NCBI GenBank assembly: GCA_951406725.2
Contig: OX597826.1
Span: 73,036,001-73,100,000, forward strand
DNA length: 64,000 nt
From: Octopus vulgaris
Lineage: Eukaryota
Direction: 5' to 3'
Under the pieces are notes generated by a model. The model worked only from the letters and a program-made list of their open reading frames with translations. It searched no databases and was not told the origin of the DNA. Both the position numbers and the translations under genes were made by a program. Shown here one piece after another: positions 27,423-40,881 of the stretch; position 1 is the first letter of the stretch, and each line of letters opens with the position of its first letter.

Positions 27423-27624
27423 GATTTATACATATACATGCATAAGCAAACACCTACGCACACACCCTCATTATCTAACTTATGGTGGTAATAAATTCGA
27501 ACAGAGTCTCCAGGTTTATTCAGCCTATTTCTGATGAACATGTCCATCCCGCTTTATTTTACCGAATATAGAAAAGTATGTACTTGTGTCTTAGACTTCA
27601 GAACATTTGTTTCTTGGACCGCAA

Positions 27625-28020
27625 CAGCGCTGGATTAACCATTACACAAAAAAAGTATATGCTTAGGGCACAAAGGGAAGTGGGGGTCCCACAGAAATGG
27701 TAAATGGTTTACGGCACAAAAGAAATCACTTTGAACTTACAAAAATAAAAGTCTTAAATGTCTTATCTCTGTATTAAGTATAGAAGTAGATGTGTTACAT
27801 AAGATTCATTTTAAACATCTGATCAAAGACTTTGCAATTTAAAAAAAGTAGAAAAATACAAAATTAAACATCATTTTCGATCTCACTGTTAATTTGTTTC
27901 CTTTTGAAAAATGAAAATGTATTTTATGTTTTATTATTGTTCATATTTTGAATTTCACACATACAGAGGCAATACAAATCTGTTAAATACTCTGAGCTTC
28001 CATACGTCTTAATCCGGCAT
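27625..28020. mobile_element. Possible old hAT-like MITE
   Basis: Imperfect TIRs cagcgctggattaa / ttaatccggcat. No clear TSD. Confidence 0.35.
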
Positions 28021-28120
28021 CAGACCCTGTGCAGCAGGAATATGCAGCAAAAGTCGAAACCGGAAATATTTGATCCCAGAAAAGGAACAAAGTTGATATA
28101 ATTACTAATTTATTTGATCA

Positions 28121-28560
28121 GGCGCAGGAGTGGCTGTGTGGTAAGTAGCTTGCTAACCAACCACATGGTTCCGTGTTCAGTCCCACTGCGTGGCATCTTG
28201 GGCAAGTGTCTTCTGCTATAGCCCCGGACCGACCAATGCCTTGTGAGTGGATTTGGTAGACGGAAATTGAAAGAAGCCTGTCGTATATATGTATATATAT
28301 ATATGTATGTGTGTGCGTGTGTGTGTGTGTTTGTGTGTCTGTGTTTGTGTTTGTGTGTCTGTGTTTGTCCCCCTAGCATTGCTTGACAACCGATGCTGGT
28401 GTGTTTACGTCCCCGTCACTTAGCAGTTCGGCAAAAGAGTCCGATAGAATAAGTACTGGGCTTACAAAGAATAAGTCCCGGGGTCGATTTGCTCGACTAA
28501 AGGCGGTGCTCCAGCATGGCCGCAGTCAAATGACTGAAACAAGTAAAAGAGTAAAAGAGA
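28121..28560 (+). mobile_element. SINE family B, full length
   Basis: tRNA head, CORE-like segment, internal (TA)(TG)n, and tail ggcggtgctccagcatggccgcagtcaaatgactgaaac(aagtaaaagag)n. Confidence 0.9.
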
Positions 28561-29136
28561 GAGAGAGTTGAGAGAATATGTTTTGGAGTGTCATAAAAGC
28601 TGTTAAGAGTTACAACAGATATTAAAGGTCAAATCTAGTGTTAAAGATCGCAATAGCAATTTCCAACTCGGTTGTTGAATAATGTAATCGTGACAACGAA
28701 ACGAATCTCAGATAGGAAGCGTCGATACATCCTGTCCTTATTAGTGAGAGTGCTTATACGAGGGTGGGTTGAAAAGTTCATAAGAGTGATTCTAGAGTCG
28801 TGAAACCTTGCGTGCATTAATTTCAACCCGTTCGTTATGTCCAGCGGTGTGTGCCGGCCCCTTGTGAGAAAATAAAGGGTGAAATGTTTGGGTACCATAA
28901 AATAGGAGATCGATAGGCAGTCAGACAAAAGGGGAAGAGAAGGAGGGAGAGATGGTGAAGGAAAGGTGGGAAGGAGAGAGGGGGAGAGAGAGGGGGAGGG
29001 AGGGAGAGATAGACAGACAGACAGACAGAGAAAGAAAGAGAAATACGGACACAGACAGACAGACAAACAGATAGATTGACAGACGGGTAGGCAGGTACAC
29101 AGATAAACGGACGGACGGATAGACAAGTAGATAGAT

Positions 29137-29169
<33 letters not shown>

Positions 29170-29331
29170 TAGATAGATAAATAGATAGATAGATAGATAG
29201 ATTGATAGATAGATAGATTGATAGACAGACAGATAGACAGATAGCTAGCTAGCTAGCGAGATAGATAGATAGATAGATAGATAGCGAGATAGATAGATAG
29301 ACAGATAGATAGATAGGTAGATAGATAGATT

Positions 29332-29374
<43 letters not shown>

Positions 29375-29462
29375 TGATAGACAGACAGATAGACAGATAG
29401 CTAGCTAGCTAGCGAGATAGATAGATAGATAGATAGATAGCGAGATAGATAGACAGATAGAT

Positions 29463-29832
29463 ATGTTTCTTTATTAGCCACACAGGGCTGCACACAGATA
29501 GAACAAATTACAAGGTAGAGCTTTTCTTTTGAAGGTTTAAAAAAAAAAAAGGAAAGGGGGGGAGTCTCGATCAAAAGGGATCGTAAAAGGAGAGAAAGAG
29601 GAAAAAAAAGGGGGTTAAAAAAGGGGGAGAGGAAAAAAAATTGATCAATAGGGATCGTTATCACAGAAATGTCAATATGAAGTGTAAAGGGGAGGACAGG
29701 TGAGGTTTACCCGTGGAAAGAAAAGCCTACGGAAAAGACCACGGTAACCTCGGTCAATGAAGTCACATTTTATATTTCTTTTTTTTTTTTTTTTTTTTTT
29801 GCAAATAAGCAAATCTCTGTTTTCAATTTCTG

Positions 29833-29833
<1 letters not shown>
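29463..29833 (-). mobile_element. Probable LINE 3' UTR fragment inserted in (GATA)n
   Basis: A non-microsatellite block with sharp borders inside (GATA)n. The minus strand is pyrimidine-rich and ends aataaagaaaca. Confidence 0.45.
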
Positions 29834-29907
<74 letters not shown>

Positions 29908-29995
29908 TCATAGATAGACAGATAGATTCATAGATAGACATACATACATACATACATACATACATACATACATACATACAGACAGACAGACAGAC

Positions 29996-30076
<81 letters not shown>

Positions 30077-31353
30077 CGAGGGGCGTTCAATAAGTAATGC
30101 CTCTGACCCACTTGCCGTTGATTGATCTAGTTGAGATTTTTCATGTGTAATTATTTATATCTCTATAGATTAAGTGGCAAATTACAGCTCCGAACTAATA
30201 GTGGTTTCTGATTTACATGTGTTTGAAATGAGTCAAGTGGGAAATGGAGCCTGTTGAGTGTCGAGAAATGATCCGGTTTTTGTATTTGAAAGGACGCACA
30301 CCACAGGAGACTTTTGATGAAATGAAAATAACTTATGGTGATGATGCCCCATCATATGACCTTGTAAAACGCTGGCATCGTGAATTCAAACATGGTGGGA
30401 ACTCTGTGGAAACAGCTCCCAGATCTGGTCGCACCCCTTCTGCCATTGATGAGGCATCTGTCCGTCAAGTTGAGGCTGCCATTTTGGAAGATGGACGCAT
30501 AACTATTCGCCAAATAGCCCATGAGGTCAAGATTAGTACCGGGTCTGTGGAAACTATCATTCATGACCATTTGCATATGCAAAAGGTGTCTGCCAGAGGG
30601 ATTCCCAGGTTGCTCACACTTTTTCTGAAGCAAGAACGCGTCGAGTGCTCGAGGATGAATTTAGGGATGTGCCAAGAAGATGAGTCAAAATTTTTCAAAA
30701 GACTGATTACACATGATGAGACCTGGGTCCTTCACCAATATCCAGAGACCAAAGCCCAGTCAATGCAGTAGAAGCACCATGACTCACCTCCTCCAAAGAA
30801 GGCAAGGGTGCAGCCCTCCGCTGGCAAGGTCATGCTCACAGCCTTCTGGGACCAGGACGGAGTAGTGATGACAGATTTCCTGGCAAAGGGTACCACAATT
30901 ACAGGAGCCTATCATGCTTCACTTTTGAGGAAATTAAGAGAAGCTATCAAAACCAAGAGGCGGGGCAAGATCAGCAAAGGCATCCTCCTCCTGCAGGACA
31001 ACGCTCAGGTCCACAACTCGCGTGTCGCCAGATCAGAAGCACAGGCGTGCGGCTATGAACACTTCCCCCACCCCCCTACTCTCCTGACCTTGCACCCTCT
31101 GATTTTCACCTCTTCCCAGCCATGAAGTTGTTTTTGAAAGATGATGCAGCCTTGATTTCTGAAGTCACGTCGTGGTTGGAGGACCAAGCTGGGGTCTTCT
31201 ATGAAAACGGTCTCCAGAGCTGTATCAAACGATGGGAGAAATGCGTAACTCTGGGTTGTTCCTATGCTGAAAAAGACTAATACCTGTGCCAAGTTTCGTT
31301 GCTCTACTGCTATGGGAAGTGGGTCAGGGGCATTACTTATTGAACGCCCCTCG
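30077..31353 (+). mobile_element. mariner (DD34D) DNA transposon, near full length, pseudogenised transposase 30244-~31280
   Basis: TIRs cgaggggcgttcaataagtaatgcc / ggcattacttattgaacgcccctcg with a TA TSD. Motifs: HTH, (W)IPRLL, HDETWV, LQDNA and YSPDLAPSD. There is a stop at 30769-30771, a frameshift near 31070 and a small deletion. Confidence 0.95.
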
Positions 31354-31434
<81 letters not shown>

Positions 31435-31534
31435 TCATAGATAGGCAGATAGATTCATAGATAGATAGATAGACATACATACATACATACATACATACAT
31501 ACATACATACAGACAGACAGACAGACAGACAGAC

Positions 31535-31594
<60 letters not shown>

Positions 31595-31698
31595 TCATAG
31601 ATAGGCAGATAGATTCATAGATAGATAGATAGACATACATACATTCATACATACATACATACATACATACATACATACAGACAGACAGACAGACAGAC

Positions 31699-31762
<64 letters not shown>

Positions 31763-31840
31763 TCATAGATTCATAGATAGACAGATAGATTCATAGATAG
31801 ATAGATAGACATACATACATACATACATACATACATACAT

Positions 31841-31934
<94 letters not shown>

Positions 31935-31961
31935 TCATAGATAGACAGATAGATTCATAGA

Positions 31962-32484
31962 TACGCACAACATCGTTTTTCGCGGATGAAGATCTGGTTT
32001 CACGCTCAGTGTCGCTTGTTTACCGGGTCTAAGCCATTCCTTAGGCTGCCTCATATTGATGTACAGGCACCATAATTCGTCGCCAGTAACGATTCGATAA
32101 AGAAATCGTTGCTTGTGTCCACGAGTTGAACTGTGATGGGCAAGGAAACGCATTCAAACGCATGGCTGGGAAATGCTGCCACACCTGCCGTACTCTCCTG
32201 TTTTATCACCAACGGATTTCCACCTCTTTCGATCACTTTCAAACCCTATGCGCGGAGTTTCGTTCAATACTGATGCAGAGTTGAGAGCTTGGTTGGATTA
32301 ATTTTTCGAGTCGAAATCGGGTGATTTTCGACCAACGAGATATTGAAAATCTTGTTGAACGTTGGGAAGAAGTTGTAAACAACAAGGGTGAATACATTAT
32401 TGATTAATTAGTTGTTATTTTTTATTAAACCTTTTAAGAAATTAAAATTTTATAAAACGGCGGGAACTTAGTTGCCAACCCAAT
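31962..32484. mobile_element. Rearranged mariner remnant (second subfamily)
   Basis: Minus-strand [21 protein letters not shown] (31962-32153) adjoins plus-strand WEMLPHLPYSPVLSPTDFHLFRSL..LVERWEEVVNNKGEYIID* and the TIR aacttagttgccaacccaa|ta. Confidence 0.8.
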
Positions 32485-32630
32485 ATATGTATATGCACGA
32501 ATGTGTGTGTATGTGTGTATATGGGTGTATATGCATATGAGTGCATGCTTGTATGTATGTGTATGTATGTATGTATGTATGTATGTATGTATGTATGTAT
32601 GTATTTGTGTGTATATATGTATATATATGT

Positions 32631-32928
32631 GGAGGCGCAATGGCCTAGTGGTTAGGGCAGCGGACTCGCGGTCGCAGGATCGCGGTTTCGATTCCCAGAC
32701 CGGGCGTTGTGAGTGTTTATTGAGCGAAAATACCTAAAAAAAAACCTCCACCAGAGGGTGGTGATCCCTGCTGTACTCTTTCACCACTCTTTCTCCCACT
32801 CTTTCTTCTGTTGGCCTGCTCGCTTAGCCAGCGGGGTGGCGTCATTCGAAGGCTAAAACAATGCGAACGCATTGTGACCAGCGATGTGTAACAACATCTG
32901 ATGGTCTGGTCAGTCACGTGATCACGTG
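32631..32928 (+). mobile_element. SINE with family A head and a different 3' tail
   Basis: The first ~160 bp match the 22537 copy. The remainder is unrelated and ends (tcacgtga)2. Confidence 0.75.
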
Positions 32929-34080
32929 ATATGTATATATATAGATATGTATATGTATATATATAGATATGCATATGTATATACGTGTGTGTATATGTAT
33001 ATAAGTGTGTGTATTTTTTATACACACATATAATTGTGTACGTGTATTTATATGTATATATTTTCATATATACCTGTATTTGTTTGTGTATGTAGGTGCA
33101 TGTATGTTTAGTCTGAGTGTATACGTATATTTATGTATATATTTATATATGTATATATATATGTGTGTGTATATGTATGTATATATGTATATGTACGTGT
33201 ATGTATATATGTGCGTATACAGATCTCTTATACACATATATGTTTATGTACCTATGTGTGTATATGTATATGTTTTTGCATATATACATCCATTTGTATC
33301 GCGTGTAGGTGAATGTAAGTAGGTTTGAGTGTATACGCATGTTTTTTGTCTGTGTATATATATGCATGTGTAGATGTATACGTGTGCATTCCCCAAGAAT
33401 AATTTTTTCCCTAAATATACATATAGCATTATCTCCCTTCTACTATAGCTCTCTGACGCGAGAATAAATTTTTTCAACAAATCCCTCTTATTACGGTAGC
33501 AGGTACTTTTCTTTTTTCTCTCTCAATTCTTAATATTAACAACTATACCTTTTTTCTTACAAATAGTATTATATATATATAATACTATCTTACCGTAATA
33601 TTATATCCTGTCACTATAATATTTACCCCAATCTTTCTTTCCTACCTTTCGATTTTCTAGTAACTTATTTTAAACCACACCAATCTGCCTAAACCTCTTG
33701 TCCTACATACTCTTCTTTTAGTAAACTATTTCCTTTTTAATTTTTCTCACCATTTTCATTGCACACCACCCATAACTGTCAATACACAATGAAATTTAAA
33801 TATAGCTATCGTATCCCACAAAACGCTTATTATTATTATTATTTATTTGTATTCAAATGTATATACGGGTAAGTGTAGACACTTTTATGTGCGAGCGTAT
33901 GCATTCATGTGTATTAGATGCGTGTGTGAACTTTTGTTATATTTTTTTGTCTTCGACCTTTCCTACTTATATTTAAAAATATCCGTCGGCCCAAACAGTT
34001 CTCATTCTTACACAGAATATCCGATCGACTTATCCGACACAAACTCTCTGTACTTTCCTTATAAAATTATTTTGTCAACA

Positions 34081-34242
34081 CGCAGGAGTGGCTGTGTGGT
34101 AAGTAGCTTGTTTACCAACCACATGGTTCCGGGTTCAGTCCCACTGCGTGTTTTGGGCAAGTGTCTTCTACTATAGCCTCGGGCCGACCAAAGCCTTGTG
34201 AGTGGATTTGGTAGACGAGAACTGAAAGAAGCCCGTCGTATA

Positions 34243-34308
<66 letters not shown>

Positions 34309-34535
34309 TGTGTGTGTTTGTGCGTCTGTATTTGTCCCTCTAGCATTGCTTGACAACCGATGCTGGTGTGTTTATGTCCCCGTTACTTAGCGGTTCGGCA
34401 AAAGAGACCGATAGAATAAGTACTGGGCTTACATAAAAATAACTCTCGGGGTCGAGTTGCTCGATTAAAGGCGGTGCTCCAGCATGGCCGCAGTCAAATG
34501 ACTGAAACAAGTAAAGGAGTAAAGAGTAAAGAGTA
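34081..34535 (+). mobile_element. SINE family B, full length
   Basis: Colinear with 28121-28560. Confidence 0.9.
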
Positions 34536-34563
34536 TACCTTTTTTGATGTTCTCTTCATCTTT

Positions 34564-34682
34564 TGCACTGAGGAGAATGGTAATACGTAATTAAACTAAT
34601 TTCATTTAATTATTATCATAATCAATTTAATTTTCCCATGTTTCTTACATGTTGGTATTATCATTCGAAACGATCGTATGCA
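34564..34682 (+). ncRNA. Type-I hammerhead ribozyme with extended stem II and long AU-rich loop
   Basis: ugca-CUGAGGA-gaaugguaauac-(~68 nt)-guauuaucauuc-GAAA-cgaucg-UA-ugca. The core is intact, stem II is 12 bp, stem III is the palindrome acgaucgu, and the triplet is GUA. Confidence 0.75.
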
Positions 34683-34811
34683 TGGATTAAAACCTTATAA
34701 AAACTTTTTTAACATCTTCTATTCTCCATTTCTCAACTGTTCTTGAGTTTATATAGGATTACATCCTATAATTGCTCGTAACACATTTTTACTTGTTATA
34801 TATATATACAC

Positions 34812-35190
34812 ACAGGGAGGGGTTGGACAAAATAATGAAAACACCTTAAAATTTCAAACAAATTTATTTTAATATAGGGCAGGACCGACTTTGCCAGTAA
34901 TTACATCTTAAATTCTACGAGATATGGACTCGTACAATGTTTGAATTGTTTCAAAAGGAATTTTTGTCCATTCTACAGCTAAAACTGTCTCCAGTTCTTG
35001 TAGTGATGATGATGGGTGTTATCGAACCCTTACTTGTTTTTTTTTTAAATGCATCATAAATGTTCAATAATTTTGAGATCTGGGGACTGTGGTGGCCAGA
35101 TAAGATGTTCAACTTCACTAGAATGTTCCTCGTGCCATTCAGTAACAACTTTAGCAGTGTGAATTGGTGCATTATCATTCTGAAAATTGT
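34812..35190 (-). mobile_element. Tc1-like transposon 3' remnant
   Basis: FQNDNAPIHTAKVVTEW..LIWPPQSPDLKIIEHL (DD34E C-terminal part), followed by a TIR-like end. Confidence 0.8.
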
Positions 35191-35489
35191 GAAGTAAAAC
35201 ATTTATGCGAATGGAAAAAATTTGAGATATTTGTAAAAATAAAGTAAAATTAGGACTCGAGTTTCGGGTTAAACCTGGTTAACCATATAAGACAGTTGGA
35301 TTGCTGATAATTAAAGATGGTTGCTTCTTTATTACCCACAGGGTGGGGAGAAAATATGGAAGATGTAAGTTATGTACAAAGGAAGCAATCAGTATACTTC
35401 GTACAGACAAGAAATTTTTGATAAAATATTCGACGTTATAATTGCATTGCATCCGTAGTGAGTGAACATTGAGAAATTCAATAAGAAAT

Positions 35490-35865
35490 AAGGTTCACAT
35501 AACGTTATACGTGAACCATTAGTTCTGAGGGAGAAAGTAATTTTGCCTCTATTGCATATCAAATTAGGCTTTAACAAACAGTTTGTTAAGAAGTTAAATC
35601 TAGAAGAGCCACCATTTTTTGTACTTGAAAACTAAGCTTACCAAAGTAAGCCATGCGAAAATCAAAGAAGGAGTGTTTGTCGGTCCTCAAATTCGGCAAC
35701 TTTTGACAGACGATAATTTTGAAAACACCTTAAATGTATTGGAATTGGATGCATGGCAAAGTTTCAGCTAACCATGAAGTACTTATAGAAAAGTTGATTG
35801 ATTTGTACCAATCGTTAGGGTGTAATATGTCGTTAAAAGTTCACTATTTGCATTCGTATCTAGCT
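35490..35865 (+). pseudogene. Second Chapaev3-like transposase remnant
   Basis: NVIREPLVLREKVILPLLHIKLGFNKQFVK / KIKEGVFVGPQIRQLL..AWQSF / LGCNMSLKVHYLHSYL. Confidence 0.75.
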
Positions 35866-35884
35866 AAGTGATTATTATTACCAT

Positions 35885-36950
35885 AGTAATAATCACTTCA
35901 CCTGTGCTTCGAAGAACTTAATCTATATTCTCAAATGTGGAGGGTGTGGTGGAAACTACATAGGTCAAACTAATTTAACCTTGAGGGACAGACTAACGGT
36001 GCACAGGTAAAAAATCCGGGACCCCACGACTAGGAAAATTCCCGTAAGCAAACCCCAATACCAATGGCCCATAAACATAAACCCGAAATACCAAATTTTC
36101 CCTCTCTGTCAATGCACCTGAAACACTTCAGCCCAATTGCGTTTAAATAAGGAAAGCGTACTCATCAAAAATATAGACGACAGTTTAATATCGTTTAGAA
36201 GAGTCAATTTCTCCACACACAAAGAAAACAACAACCAGGAGCAATAGACAATTTTAAAAACTTTAAAACCACTCGGTTTTCGAAACTGCAACTCCAAATC
36301 ACCATACAATAAGACCACATAAGCACAAGTTGCCGCCATCACCGATCTGTAGACCAATGAAATATTACAAACACCAGTTGCTGACGTCACCTAACACTAG
36401 ACAAATGAATTTTTACCTCCGATCAAAACCGACTTCAGCAAATACAACAAAATGACTTCAGCAAATACAACAAAATGACTCATTAAGAGAATCAACTAAC
36501 AGGGAAACCAGCCAGGCAGAACAACAAGACGTCACCAGTACTTTAACAACCCAAAAATGAGATCCGCTCGCGGGAAAAAAATTATAAATACACCAGATTC
36601 CAAGACACACCGTTTCAAGTAAAAATTCTTCCACACGATGGAAAGAGAATCAAAGAAATTGTAAACCAAATCCCTTTTTTTTACTATCTTCATTTCTCCC
36701 TTGTTTTTCTCCCTCTTAACTCACTATCATTGAAACTTTGCTGACATTTATTTCTGGTCGATCACTATTAACACTAATGAACGTTGCACATTTAAATAAG
36801 TTGATGCACAGTTTTTATATTATTCACTGTTATGAACATCGAAACTTTTGAACAGGTTTTTCTAATTCGTAATTCAAAATTTTTACCATTGATAAACAAA
36901 AAATATTGTTCAAACTAGTTTGGTATATAAAGTAAATAAATATATTTTAA
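35885..36950 (+). mobile_element. Penelope-like GIY-YIG remnant plus 3' region
   Basis: FTCASKNLIYILKCGGCGGNYIGQTNLTLRDRLTVHR*KIRD..PKYQIFP..LRLNKESVLI (35885-36190). Not in the ORF track. The 3' boundary is approximate. Confidence 0.75.
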
Positions 36951-37756
36951 ACAATTACAATTTTTTCAAATTTAGGTGCATTTTCAACATGTATGTATAC
37001 GGGTGCGAATTACATCCAGACTGCCACGCAGTACACTTTAAATTTGATTCCATCGAGGTTGACTTGTATTCATTCCGGTATCTGTAAGATAAATACTATT
37101 TCAGAATTAAAGTTGATGTAATTAACTTACCCACTCCCTTGAAACTGCAGACTTTGTGCAAAAATTTGAAACGAAAGTCAAAGAAGGAGTGTAGGATTTT
37201 TTTTTTCCTCGAATCAAGCAACCGGATATGTTCTACTTTATGAAATATTTTCTAATGTCGTAAGCACACAGGAATGTTATCACGTGTATTGCATTTGAAA
37301 AACACATGAACAGCCTACTGTGCATGTGGTTGAGCACTCCACAGACACGTATAGCCTTAAAGTTTCATCCGCATATGACTAACAATTACGAAAAACTGAA
37401 TAGAAAACCGTTTTTTTTGCTCTTAAATACTTCATTTTTGACAGTATTCGACCAGATGACTCAACAATGGTTTAAAACTATTATTGGTTAATATTCTTTA
37501 TTTAACTTGCGACACATCTATGAAATACTGTGAAACATAACCTTTTCGCATTTTTGCAGAGTTACACCTAAGAAAGCTGTTTCAAGGAACACAATTTTTT
37601 TTTTTTGCTTTTGTTGCAAAATTATTTGTTCTTTGTCCCTGTGCATCCGGGTTCTACAGAAAACTGCAAAACATGGACACTCCTCCCCCTCCAAGAGCTT
37701 CGCCTTTTTGAAGAGGGCTATGTCTAGGTCAACCTTCCACTCTCACTCCTTAGTTC

Positions 37757-38244
37757 GCCGAAAGGATGAAAGGCAAAGTCGACCTCGGCGGAATTTGAAC
37801 TCAGAAAGTAGTGACAGACGAAATACCTATTTCTTTACTACCCTCAAGGGGCTAAACACAGAGAGGACAAACAAGGACAGACAAACGGATTAAGTCGATT
37901 ATATCGACCCCAGTGCGTAACTGGTACTTAATTTATCGACCCCGAAAGGATGAAAGGCAAAGTCGACCTCGGCGGAATTTAAACTCGGAACGTAGCGGCA
38001 GACGAAATACTTATTTCTATACTACCCTCAAGGGGCTAAACACAGAGAGGACAAACAAGGAGAGACAAACGGATTAAGTCGATTACATCGACCCCAGTGC
38101 GTAGCTGGTACTTATTTAATCGACCCCGAAAGGATGAAAGGCAAAGTGGACCTCGGCGGAATTTGAACTCAGAACGTATCGGCAGACGAAATACTGCTAA
38201 GCATTTCGCCCCGTGCGCTAACGTTTCTGCCAGCTCGCTGCCTT
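37757..38244 (-). mobile_element. SINE family C, head + ~2.4 tandem 184-bp bodies
   Basis: Junctions at 37826/7 and 38010/1 are identical in position to the one at 23346/7. Confidence 0.88.
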
Positions 38245-38583
38245 GCACACACTAACGTTTCCTCTAATCCACTGAAGCATTTACATCCTTAATGCAAGAA
38301 AAGTAACTCTATATAGTTTCTCCTTATTTAGCTCCCCTATTAAGGCTATTTCCGTAATTTTTTTACTGTTAGTGTATAAACGCTTCTTGCAATAAATTCA
38401 AATTTTGGGAAAATAAAAATAAAATAACAGATTTATTCGTTTGGTATTTACGAGTTATGTCAATAAATAAATAAGTCACACCCAGTTTTGCATTATTTTC
38501 TGGACAACCTTTGTTGCGTGCATATAATGACCCGTCCGTGTTTTTTGTATCGTCTATTTGAATGTTTTGCGTCCTTGTCCCAT

Positions 38584-38628
<45 letters not shown>

Positions 38629-38966
38629 GTGTATGTGTGTGTGTATGTATCTATGTATGTATGTGTGTGTATATATATATATATATAATGTTTTTAAGTG
38701 ATCCGGTTTTCGCAGTACATTTGTTTAGTAGTGTTTATGCACGAGATCAAAGCTGACAAACACATACTCTCTCTCTCTTTCTCTTTCTCTCTATTTCTCT
38801 CTCTCTCTCTCTCTCTTTCTCTTTGTTTTTCACACACTGATAAACAAGCGTGAGAAGGCCACTGTTTGCATTTCTAGCAATCAATCACATTTTAAGGCGT
38901 ATTTCCATAGAAACACTTCGATCGGTGAAACATGTTATAATCTATATAAGAATTATAACCATAATA

Positions 38967-39385
38967 GGCGTAGGAGTGACTGTGTGGTAAGTAGCTTGCT
39001 TACCAACCACTTGGTTCCGGGTTCAGTCCCACTGCGTGGCACCTTGGGCAAGTGTCTTCTACTATAGCCTCGGGCCGACCAAAGCCTTGTGAGTGGATTT
39101 GGTAGACGGAAACTGAAAGAAGCCCATTGTATATATATGTGTGTGTATGTGTATGTGTGTGTGTGTGTGTGTGTGTATGTTTGTTTGTCCCCCCAACATC
39201 GCTTGACAACCGATTGTGGTGTGTTTACGTTCCCGTAACATAGCGGTTAGGCAAAAGACACCAATAGAATACGTACTAGACTAACAAAGAATAAGTCCTG
39301 GGGGGTCGACTTGTTCGACTAAAGGCGGTGCTTCAGCATGGCCGCAGTCAAATGACTGAAACAAGTAAAAAGAGTAAAAGAATAA
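38967..39385 (+). mobile_element. SINE family B, full length
   Basis: Colinear with 28121-28560. Confidence 0.9.
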
Positions 39386-40881
39386 AATAATATTCTAGTT
39401 CCTATATGCATCGAGTCCTTTTCAGAACAATGGACGGTTTTATTGATAAAATATAAACAAAACAGTTTTGTGCCATTGGACACAGCAAACCCACTGAATC
39501 GATACGCCACTCTAGAGTCCTCTGTGTGTGTGCGTGCGTGTGTGTTCGTACGTGCGGTCGTGTGTGTACATATCCTTTTAGTCATTCTTCGTTTGAGTTA
39601 ATGTAAATTTATTGTTATCGTACATATTTCATAAGCAAACTGTCATGGCCGACACCTGCTTCCGATTTCGTGTCAGCGTACAGATATGCACAATGACTAT
39701 AACGTCACTCGTAGGTAAGTCCAGCGATGGTTTAACAGTTTCACTTTCGTTCATCGATTCGCCGGTGACTCTACATTTTCTAAATTTACTCATCTGTTCA
39801 AACCTGCTTGTTGTTGTTGGCTTGCTCGGATGCAATGGCAGCTACACCAGATGGGTCCCTTAGCTACGAGACTAGACCAGATGGGTCTTCAGCTTCAATG
39901 CTCTTCTGCAGTTGTAGATAAATACTCGGTATTCGGACAGGATGCCAAATGCACTTTTGCGAAGGACAAGGAACCGAAGATAAGAAACCAAACGGACATA
40001 AAAACGAACGGACACAATGCCGAACGGACAAAATGCCGAACGGACAAAATGCCGAAAAGACACACGAAAGTTAAATTATAAGATAATCATTTTAGTTCTG
40101 CAATATAACCATTTGACAAACTAAAATGGTCATTAAACAATGTAGGTAGGATTTTTTTTATTGTGTCTGTAAGGAATATGTGATATCTCCGCTTGCACTT
40201 TTGGGGTGCAAGTTGGTGCAATCACTTTCCGTTGCTTTTATATCCAGACTCTACCAGTCAAAGAAACACAAAACGCAGACGTAAAAAATAGACATACTTT
40301 ATTGTTTTATACCGGTGAGAAATCAGTGGTATATCTGATGTCCAAAATGGCGTCCTGAGGAAGAAGATGATTTGACTGCAACAATTCAGGTTAAAAGTCT
40401 TCGGCCAAAGGACTGCTGCTATCAAAACCGGAGAGAGAGCGAATTAAACGTCTGCTTTGGTGAAATGCCTGCCGCTGTCTGTCGGACGCTAATGGTCAAC
40501 CTTTACGCTCCCTTGCCTCTTTGTTAAGGTTCACGCTCCCTTGCCTAAGGCCACGTCAGCAAGGCTGTCAGCTAAGGCCACGTCAGCAAAATTCCCTCTT
40601 TCGGACTTCGTGTATTCGCGAGAGGGCGTTGCGCGCGCGCGCGTTGTTGTATAGGATCACTTCACTACAAAGCTCCCCTCCAGTGCCTAAGCACGAACAA
40701 CAATTCCTTGTAGTGACCATAAAACTCAAGGTGGACACCAGACAACCAAAAATAGCACACAATATAATACATTAAACAGCAAAAAAAAAAAATTCACCTT
40801 AAAGGTAAAAAGAGAAAAAATACTCAAAATGAGCAAAGTTCAATGAGTACTGAACTGTCACTGGGAAGTCAATTGAAAATG

